From: Negaprion brevirostris
Taxonomy: Eukaryota
NCBI GenBank assembly: GCA_030324005.1
Contig: JARDVH010000124.1
Coordinates: 20,669,243-20,732,745, forward strand
Direction of reading: 5' to 3'
DNA length: 63,503 nucleotides
The notes beneath the pieces are model-generated. The model was not told the DNA's origin. It searched no databases and saw only the letters and a list, made by a program, of their open reading frames with translations. Positions 10,286 to 63,503 of this stretch are shown here, in pieces. Made by a program: the position numbers and the translations under genes. Each line of letters begins with the position of its first letter. The first letter of the stretch is position 1.

Positions 10286-12159
10286 ATTGGATAGTTAACT
10301 ACAGAACATGAACGGAAATCTAGAAAATAGCCATTTTGAAACACAGGATAAGATTCTCCACTGCTATCATTTGACCAGTAAGAAATCTTCAAGTTTAGAC
10401 ATGAGCATTATGAAGAACATTTTTTGAAAAACACACGCGTAACATTTTGGCAAATAATCTACATTCCTTTACTGATAATTTTAGGGCCAGCAATTATAGA
10501 TAATTCCAATTTTGGCAACTCCGCTTTTTCCTTCTAATTGCTCTTGTCTCACGTCTACAGAATGTCGAGAATGAAAGGATCTTCTTCAGTATTTGAACAA
10601 AGGCATCTTCACATACTGGACTACTCATTAACCCTTCAGGACTTTGCAGAGAGTCTTCCTCGCAGGATGTTCAAGTCAAAGCAAATCACCATTCTGCTGA
10701 CCTTTTAACAGCATAATTGCAGGAAAGCCCAAAGGGACAAAACATCACAAAAAAGACTACTTCCGTTGTAGCCAGAAGACAAACACAACTCTCTCGAAGT
10801 GTATGATGCATACTTTAATTCAAAGAATGAGAACAACACGATAAGTTTCTTCAGCAACATTTTCCGTCATTACTNNNNNNNNNNACTTATCGATTCATTG
10901 GAGAAAGGTTGTTTGGGCTTAACGCCATGTCAAAAGCAAATGTTGTACAATCTACTTTGTGTGTCATAAAACAGCAGGGCAATGAAACATTCCCCACAGT
11001 GAACCTACAGTTAATAACAGAATAGTTTGCATAGACAATTCAATCACATTATAATTACGTTGGTGGAATGTTCTCTCCAGTACGTGCACACTAAGATTCT
11101 GTGTCAACTGTAACTTGTAGAAAGGTTGGAAATTACATTTGCCAATAGTTTAAAAATGTAATAACAAAATATTGTTGATGGATTCATTGCCATCTCAACT
11201 TAAGTCAGTTTTACAGCCCAAAAACCAAAACTTGTTTATCTGCTAAAGTTTCAGATGATCAAAATTTGAGCATGTAAATAATCTTGCCATGAATTTAACG
11301 CAAAAAGAAAATGATAGAATGGTTATAGGTCGCTTTATTAAGGAGGCTGTCATGAATGATCATAAACTATACATCAAAATTTATAGCTTAATATTATTTG
11401 TTCATAATTGATTTGACAAAAAGCTTTTAAATNNNNNNNNNNTGAAATTTCTGGGGTAGGAAGAAAAATGGCGCAAAATCTACAGGAGATAATACAAGAT
11501 GATACCAAATTTAATTTTAAAGGAGACATTCCCCAGTAAATTCCACCTTCATATGCAGCTGAAAGTTGAGGACAAGGTAAATTCTTAAGGGGCACAAAAT
11601 ATTAAATATCATAGAAGTTCACAAGTTATCAACTTAAGATTGAAAGACTGGTTAAGCAACTAATTCCTGGGATTTATGAGCAAACAGTAAAACATGAAAA
11701 TGAAGAGTTTCCATCATTTTCATAGCCAACAGAAATTTCAATGCATCAATAATGACCACCACCACATAACGAAGATTTAACCAAAATGAAGGACAACTGT
11801 CAAAGATGCAGTCTCATGCAATTCGTTAAGTAATGATTTTCCTGAAAAAGGATTAGAGCAGCATGACACCATAATTCTAGTGACTCTGTATAACAACTCA
11901 CTATAATGCCTTTACTGTCTAGAGGCATTTCACAGGAATGTTATAAAACAAAATTAGACACCATACCATGTAAGGTAATATTAGGGGATATGGCCAAATG
12001 CTTGGCCAAAGAGGTAGGTTTTAAAAGGTGTCTTGACGGAGAAGTAGAGAGCTAGAGGGAACACTAGAGCTTAGTGCACAGGGCGTTGAAGGTGAAGCCA
12101 TTGAGCAATTAAAACTGAGGATGCTCAAGAGGCCAGAATTAGTTGAACACTGAACGCAG

Positions 12160-12460
12160 AATGCACGATGGCAGTGGCTAGCACTGCTGCCTCACAACAC
12201 CAGGGACCCAGGTTCAATTCCCAGCTTGGGTCACTATCTGGGTAGAATTTGCACATTCTCCGTGTCTGCGTGGGTTTCCTCCCACAGTTCAAACATGTGC
12301 GAGTAGGGTGGATTGGCTATGCTAAATTGTCCCTTAATGTCAGGGGATTAGCTAGGGTAAATACATGGAGTTACGGGGATAGAGTCTGGATGGGATTGTT
12401 GTCGGTGCAGACACGATGGGCTGAATGGCCTCCTTCCTTACTGTGGGGTTCTATGATTCT
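12160..12460 (+). mobile_element. HE1 SINE
   Basis: B-box GGTTCAATTCC, V-domain and a CR1-like tail ending TTCTATGATTCTA. Confidence 0.9.
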
Positions 12461-13114
12461 AGGACTGGAGGTCTGTGGGGTTGGAGGAGATTAGAGACAG
12501 GAAGTGGTGAATCTATGGAGGGATTTAAAAATAAGGATGAGAAATTTTAAATCATGGTGCTATTTAGCCAGGACCAACGTTGGTCAGTGAGTACAAGGAT
12601 GATAAGTGAATGGGACTTAATATAAATAAGGACACAGGCAACAGCTTTGAATGACCTCAAGTTTGGGTGGGTAGAATATGGAAGGTCAAGCAGACATTAC
12701 AATGGTTAAGTGATAACAAAGGCATGAATGAGGATTTTGCAGCATGTCAGTTGAGGCAGAGTGAAGTCAAATGATGTTGCAGAGGTGAAACAGGTAGCCT
12801 TTGTTATGGGGCAGATATATGGTTAAAAGACAATGTTGAGGTCAAATATCACAATAAGGTTGCGCACAATTTGGCTGAAGTCTCAAGACTGTTGTCAGGG
12901 AGAGGGATGGAGTCAGTAATTAGGGAACAGAGTTTGCAGCATGATTGAAGACAATGGTTCTATATGTAACTGGAGGAAGTTTCTGCTAATCCAATACTGT
13001 GTGTTGGATAAGCAGTCTGATAATTTAATAAGAGTGGGGGAGTCGAGGGAAGTGATGGTGAGGTAGAATTAGGTACATGTGAATATTAATATCATGCTTT
13101 TGGATGATGTCACA

Positions 13115-14220
13115 GCTAGTTTGACGTCTGTGGTGGGGAAGTACTAGAATTGATCATTAAGGATATAGAAGGACACCTAGGAAACTCAAGCAATTGGGAA
13201 GAGTCAGCAAGGGTTCATGAAAGGGAAATCGTGTTTAAGCAATTCATTAGTGTTCTTTGGAGGAATAATATGTGCTGTGGGGAAAAAAGGAACCTGTAGA
13301 TGTACTATACTTGGATTTCCAGAAGGTAGTGAATAAGGTGCCACGTCAAAAGTTATTGCGGAAAACCTCAAAGTAGGGGGTAGGAAAAAATTTACATGCG
13401 TAGAAAATTGGCTGGCTGGCATAAAACAGAGAGGAGGCATAAATGAATCTTTGTCTGAGTGGCAGGATGTAATAAATACTGTTCTGCAGGCGTCTGTGCT
13501 GGAATCTCAAATTTTTACAATTTACATCAATGACTTAGATAAAGGGAGCAAAAGCATGGTAGCTAAATTTGCAGGCAACACTAAGACAGGGAGAAAAGTA
13601 TATTTTCAAGAAGACAGAGTTTGCAGCTGGATATAGATAGGTTGAGTGAGTGGGCAAAAACCTGGCAAACAGAGTATAATGTGGAGGAATGTGAAGTTGT
13701 TCACTTTGGCAGGAAGAATAAAACAAGCAGAGTATCACTAAAACAGAGAATGATTGCAGAATTCTGAGGTGCAGAGGCATCTAAGTGTTCTAGCGTACGA
13801 GTCACAAAAAATTAGTATACAGGTATAGCACCTAATTCAGGAGGCAAATGGAATGCTAACCTCCAGGAGGAAATGAACTTAGAAGTAAGGATGTTTTGCT
13901 TCAGTTACTTAGAGCATTGGTGAGACTACATCTCAAATACTGTGTGCAATTCTAGTCTCCTCAATGATGTAAATGCGTTGGAAGTGATTCCAGAGATGAG
14001 GAGAATTCAAGGGTTGAGTGACTTTGGAACTCCGCCTCAGAAAACGGTGGAAGCGGGATCATTGAATATTTTTAAGGTATGGTGGCTAAATTCTTGTTCA
14101 GTAAGGGAATCAAAGATTATCGGGATGGGGTTGGAATGGGAATCAAACACAGGTCAACCATGATCTTATTAAATGACAGAGCAAGCTCAATGGCCCACTT
14201 CTGCTGTTTCGTATATTCAG
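13115..14220 (+). mobile_element. CR1 LINE RT fragment
   Basis: QQGFMKGKSCLSN, LDFQK, FTIYINDLD and KFAGNTK (a decayed KFADDTK). Confidence 0.9.
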
Positions 14221-14459
14221 AAGGGCAGCATGTAGGTATGAAATAGGAGGTGGGGAGGGGATCAAGGATAGAAACTTGGGGGACGTCAGGGGTAATGGGG
14301 TGGGAGTAGCAAGAGAGACCATTATGTGATACTAAGTCTACAAAATGGAACCAGGTGAATCCAGTCCCATGCAGCTGGATGAGAATGGAGAGATGTTGAA
14401 GGAGGATGATGTGTCAACTATTTCAAAGTTTAAAGATGCTTAAAAAAATGCCTTCAACA

Positions 14460-16005
14460 GGAAAATTCTCAATGCATTTTTAATGTAAATTAGGCAGATT
14501 ATTAACCCATTTACCATACACAATGGTGACAGAAGAAGCAAGCACAGATCAATATATAAGACTTTCTTATATATGTCAGAAGTGTTGCATATAAGCTGCA
14601 TCTCAAGGTAATACAGCTTTTATATTGCACGCAAAAAAGTGTTGCACTCTTATGAATAAAGAAAGGAAGACTCTGACATTAAATCTGATGAACTCTCAAA
14701 ATATTTGGTTTGTAACGCACCAAATACATTACAAATAAGACTTATTTACAGAAACATAAACCGACACTTCAAGCACCTACTATAAACTAGTACTCCATGT
14801 TCAATAAAGCTCCAATGCTGCTAACTATAAAAAGAGCGCTTGTTGTTTAATGTTGTCATCTTATAATTGAAATGAAAATAGAAAAGATGCACCACTGGTA
14901 ATATTTTAGCAAAAGTGGAAATACAGAACTTAATTCGTAATACATAATTTGTAACAAACATTAGTTATGAAGCATTTGAAAAGATTTAATCATTAAATCA
15001 TTGCACAACAACCCCATGTCATTTTAGGCATCCAATGCAAAATATATTGAACAATCTAACTTTTTGTAAGTATGCAGGTTATAGTGCTTTATAAATATCT
15101 ATAGTTCTGCATTTTCTAGTTTCATTAAAAAAATGTCGGTAATGGTTGCTTTAAAGGGTTCATTAACACTGAGTTGCGGTTGTAATGTCAGATTGTAAAA
15201 TTTGTAGTATTACAGCTTTGCTGAACACTAAGTACTTGTTAAGAGTGAACACTTAAAATGGAACATTAACTATAAACCAAACATCGCTTTTCTGTGCAAG
15301 TATACAATACTTAAGTTTAGACTTGCATCCAAATATGGAGGCGATTCCCTGCTATGAATATGAAGGCTCGGAAACAGTCACCAAAGTCATTGCCCATGTG
15401 GAAAGCTCTGGACTGTTTGGAGATGTTGGGGAGGGGAAGAAAATAGAGTGACTAAAGATTAACATGACCTAACACTTAACACTGCCCATTTCAAAGGCAC
15501 GGAAACATACAATAACTTCAGATCAGCACCCCAGCTTTTGGTACTTAAATAATTCTATGATTTGATAAAATACTGATTAACAGTTCTGATATTGACCTTT
15601 GCCCAATTCATTCTCAAGTGTTGAGAATAATTTTTAATAACAGTAAAGATCATGATTTTTAAAAGGGATCAGAAGTAGGAAAACTACCACTTCTCTCTGT
15701 AAAATACAACATACACAACATTTTGAGACTGTCCACTGTTATTTGAAAAACACCCTTCCAATATTAATGTCAATTAAAGTATTAGTCTTCTTCTTGACAT
15801 CTTCTCCCACCTTTACAGACAACTGCATCAGTTGCCCCATTTTTGCATGTATTTCCCTTTTTTCTATCCATGTCCAAGACACTGACGTGCAGCACATTCC
15901 AGTTAGCAGTCACAGCTGACTTTGTTGTTCCAAATGTTTCCATGGAAGCTGGCTTGTAAAACTGAAGTGCTGATGGGGTGCTTGTGTGTGGAATCTAGCC
16001 AACAA
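14460..16005 (-). promoter_or_regulatory. Putative FHIP2A 3'UTR with candidate ATTAAA poly(A) signal at 14479-14484
   Basis: An AT-rich stretch with no recognisable repeats follows the stop and ends where LINE debris begins (~14430). ATTAAA on the minus strand is followed by a U-rich tract. The 3' end is inferred. Confidence 0.6.
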
Positions 16006-59468
<43,463 letters not shown>

Positions 59469-59669
59469 CTATAAAATACAAAATGGAAATAATAACAGCA
59501 GGTTAGACTTATTGAAATGCAAAGCTTTGAGCAATACTCCAAATATTTCACTAAGTAACAACCTCATTTATGAATCATCTACCAGAGACCTGGCTTTTGG
59601 TTTTATAATGTCACTGTCACCCCCAAATATTGTATGAATTTCTTCAAAAAGAATAGTTATTATTCTAAC

Positions 59670-59925
59670 GCTGCAATGATGTTACTGTGAAAAACCTCTA
59701 GTTGCCACACTCCGGTGCCTGTTTAGGTACACGGAGGGAGAATTTAGCACAGCTAAATGCACCTAACCAGCACATCTTTCAGATTGTGGAAGGAAACTGG
59801 AGCACCCAGTGGAAACCCATGCAGACACAGAGAAAATGTGCAGGCTCTGCAAAATGACCCAAGCCAGGAATTGAACCCAAGTCCCTGGCGCTGACAGACA
59901 GCAGTGCTAACCACTGTGCCACCCT
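59670..59925 (-). mobile_element. HE1/V-SINE-type SINE
   Basis: Reverse complement of the 2097-type element. Confidence 0.88.
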
Positions 59926-61582
59926 ACTATTATTCTCTTCACTCCATATTTCTATCCCTCTCTTTATTTTGCTTTCTACCTTCCTGGTGACCACGCGATG
60001 ATTCTTCAATCTATCTGGTTAAAGAGATACACCATTGCTTGACCTGTTCATGCAGTTTCCAGAACCCCCATAGAGAATGCCAAGTCATATCGAACTGCAA
60101 AATTCAGACCACTGTGGCATTTTTTTTAATGGCGAGGTTATGAAAAGAATACAGAGGATTTTCACTAAAATTACCAGAGACAGAAGATTGAAAAAAACTG
60201 AAGTTTTTTCCACTAGGTCAGAGAAGGTTAAAAGAAAACCTGATAGTGTTCAAAAAATTCTGAAATACACTGATAAGCTGAACTTCCACCAATTAGCACG
60301 TTTCCAGCAAGAGGAATCAATACCAAAGAACAGGGGAGCTTAAGAGATATCTTGGACATTGGGTTGTTAGGACTTCAAATGCCTTCTCGGAAACAACCTG
60401 GAAGCAGAATCAATAATAAGTTTTAAAGAGAACTAGATAAATACTGGATTTTTTTTCAAGGTATGGGTAACGACAGAGGAATGGATTATGTGGATCGCTG
60501 TTTCAAGAGCCGGTGCAGGCATAATTGTTCTTTGTCAAAGTCTGAAAAGGACAGTAATCTTTACTTAAGAAAACTCTGGTACTAATTTATTAATGGATGC
60601 CATTGTATCAATGAATGGAAATATCCCAACCTTATGGAGTAAGAATGTCATAAATGCAACTGTCAGTGACTTCAGTAATATAAAGACTATTTGGAATATT
60701 TATCAACTTCAGAAATGCTTTGTTTAAGAAATTTTCACTGCTGACCTTCAGCAATCATCTGGGAACAAGGGGTCAAATTCACAAATATGCCTATAGACCT
60801 ATTTTTAGGTTTTTTACTGATCCAAATGTTGTTACAACAGTATGTAACTGCCTAACCACCATTAAGACAATGCTGATTAGAAATTCTGCCCGCAGCTAAA
60901 CAGCAGGGAAATTATCCTTAGGGGCTTCCATCAGTGCATAGGTACATTTGGCCTTGAATCCATTCATCTTCCTGGCTGTGACCTCAGGCCAAGTACAGAT
61001 ACAACTCTTTTTCAGCCAGCACAGACAGAATGGACCAAATGGTCAGCTTCTGCGCTAAAAGTCTTCTATGCCAAAAATGTTCCATATTGGTATGCAGGTT
61101 TCACAATGTCCTCCCATTGTCCACTGTTGCAGATGCATTCTGCACTTTTAAATCTAATACACTCCTTGCTCATCACTCATTTTCAGTCATTAATATGCCC
61201 TTAACATTACCACTTCAGGAATTTAGATGCATTTACATCTGGCCCTTATTTCCAATTAGAAGACTGCACAAGTACTTAAAAAATGGGGATGTGTTTAGGT
61301 CCCAGAACTTTTTTTTTTTAAATGACTGAACCCTGACTTTATGTTTCACAATTTCCTACTTTTCAGACCTGTCCTCTGTGTGCAGCAACATATACAACCA
61401 AGTAGCAGCCTTAAAGCTGCAGATTAGCACACTTACTTTGGATTACCCAAATTAAAAAGTGATGTTTGAAAACAATCATACCAATTAGATTGCACAAGTC
61501 TGTTCACAGCATGCTTAGATATCACTGGCAAGCAAGCAAGCAAAAATACAGGAACAACCACAAAGATATAAGGCATTAAGCT

Positions 61583-61900
61583 GGGGCAGCACGGTAGCAG
61601 TGGTTAACACTGCTGCCTCACAGCACCAGGGACCCGGGTTCGATCACTGTCTGTGTGGAGTTCTCACGTTCTCCCCGTGTCTGCTTATGTTTCCTCTGGG
61701 TGCTCTGGGTCCAAAGATATGCAGATTAGGGGGACTGACCACACTAAATTGCTTTGTAGTGTCAGAGGGACCAGCTAGAGTAAATGCATGGAGTTATGGG
61801 GATAGGGCCTGAGAAAGGATGGTGGAGGAGGAGGAGGAGGATTGTGGTCGGTGCAGACTTGATGGCCCCCTTCTTCTGCACTATAGGATTCTATGATTCT
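61583..61900 (+). mobile_element. HE1 SINE
   Basis: GGGGCAGCACGGTAGCAGTGGTTA head, B-box GGTTCGATC and a TTCTATGATTCT tail. Confidence 0.9.
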
Positions 61901-63503
61901 AAACTGAATATAACTTCATACAATCAAAAATGTATTTCTTTTTCAAACATAAGTTATATTTTCACTGTCCCAATAGTTTGTGGTCAGGATCACTCGACTC
62001 ATCAACTTGCAAAATGGTACTTGCAGGAGGGGAGCACTTGTTGTACTTCAAAGCACACGCATCTTCAAAAACAGCGATTTTTCAGGAGGGCCTAAGACTA
62101 TCTTGCCTCATGTAATGTGTTTTACTCACATGCGTGAGACAGTAATTCCCATGATTGGCATTATGATATTAATATGTGCAAAAGTAGCACCCTATCATTT
62201 ATTTCAAAACAGGAAATAATGGCTCCCTTAACATTGTACTTTGGTAAAAATGACTGCCACCTCTTTTATGCATTAAGGCATTAAATAACTTTCTCCCTTT
62301 TTCCTCTCCTGAACATGCTCGCATGCATCAGTACAGGTCCACAAGCTCCTGAAGGCTGCTGACCATTTGTTTTGGTTCAGGGCCAAGCAACGAGAACATG
62401 TGAATATCTTCCCCAAGTAGTCACTTTTTCACACAAGCATCCAGATTGTGGCTATTCAACCACAAGGAGTGTCACAACCTTGTGACTTTGCCACAGGCCA
62501 TACTTTCTACCAGGAGGAATTGAACAGCCATCAGGAGCAAAAACGACGGTTGATTTTTCACCCAGGAATGCTAAAATAGTTGTAACATTTTTACTAACAC
62601 CCTGGCTGAGATTAAATCAGTATAGACTAGGAATTGATCATGAGATTCGCCAGGTTGAAGGTTAAGTGAAGACATTTTCAAAGTTTAAGCACTGAAGTTT
62701 GTAATCAAACAGCTTCAATTCAACATTGGTTCTGCTTCACACAAGAGTTAAAATTTGACATTTCATAATGAGTCACTACTGTTGTGACAGGGAGGAAAAA
62801 GAACTAGAAAGCATTTTTAAGTGTTACAGCTGATTGAAAACAGGTAAAAAGAATCACAAAGACTGAAATTAACTTATTTTTATAAACATCACTACATGTT
62901 TTATTATAAATTAGGTCTTGAATCTTTCCCAAAATGTTGGGAAGAAACTTAGCAAACAGGAGATTAAGGTCTTAATTGAAACTGATTTTGGGAAGATTTA
63001 ACACTCCACAAATTGACAAATTTAGTAAGAGACTATACAAGATGACTGGTGAGGAAATTGAGTGTCATGGTGGTAACATAGGGATACTTGTCAAATCATT
63101 TTAAGGTAATGAATGAATTTAACGCAATATTGGCTGTGCTTGGTTCAAACAATGGTACCCAAAGTACAGAGTTGTGATATCTTTCTTCCATTGATCATAG
63201 AAGCCCCCATCTCCAGCAAAATGAATTTTTTTGCCGCCCCTACTACCTTCCACGGGAGTTCATCTCCATTATCCTGACGGCAGTTTACATCCCACCCATG
63301 TGGATGTGAAGCCTTCCATTGTGTGCTGGAGCAGACGAGTGAAGGAGCAGAGAGACAGATAAGAAATTACCTGTTAAAAACCTGTTTAAATAAGTTTAAA
63401 GCACTTTTGTAGTAACAACTTACCTAGTAGAACTGTTTAAATCATTTAAAAGCATTTTTGCGGGCTTTTTGTATCTACCACTTTAAGAATTGTAAGGGAG
63501 TGG

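Larger units (their letters stand above)
11915..14430 (-). mobile_element. Old L2-type LINE fragment interrupted by a SINE and a CR1
   Basis: Purine-rich antisense L2-like sequence at ~11915-12155, ~12460-13110 and ~14220-14430, collinear around the two inserts. Confidence 0.6.

Noticed and set aside
59469-63503. FHIP2A exon 1 or promoter
   Set aside because: No MFSKF...HAVEA-coding segment or CpG island was seen. Donor-like sites near 63370 and 63422 have no matching upstream coding sequence.

Overview
Vertebrate nuclear DNA, almost certainly a shark or other elasmobranch, judged from HE1/V-SINE-type SINEs, CR1/HER1-type LINEs and Deu-domain SINEs. It comes from a gapped draft assembly. The main content is one minus-strand gene, FHIP2A (FAM160B1). 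I traced coding exons 2-17 by hand (59468 down to the TAA at 16006-16008). All 15 introns between them are GT-AG and the phases match, giving 2292 nt or 763 aa plus stop. Exon 1 appears to lie beyond the right edge. A ~1.5 kb 3'UTR follows, with miR-92 and miR-200-family seed matches and a Pumilio element. Downstream is a complete but decayed Ty3/Gypsy LTR retrotransposon (2764-7491, 5-bp ATAAT target-site duplication). Its 3' LTR is interrupted by the most unusual object in the window: a ~310-bp retroposon-like insert. It starts with nt 2-40 of U2 snRNA, has ~52-nt internal repeats bounded by U2-like motifs, and ends in an A-rich tail. The rest is nested LINE, SINE, MITE and Penelope-like debris plus small duplications. 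Most ORFs in the supplied track are spurious or repeat-derived. There are no prokaryotic systems or CRISPR arrays. Family names come from recalled consensus sequences rather than database searches, and repeat boundaries are approximate.
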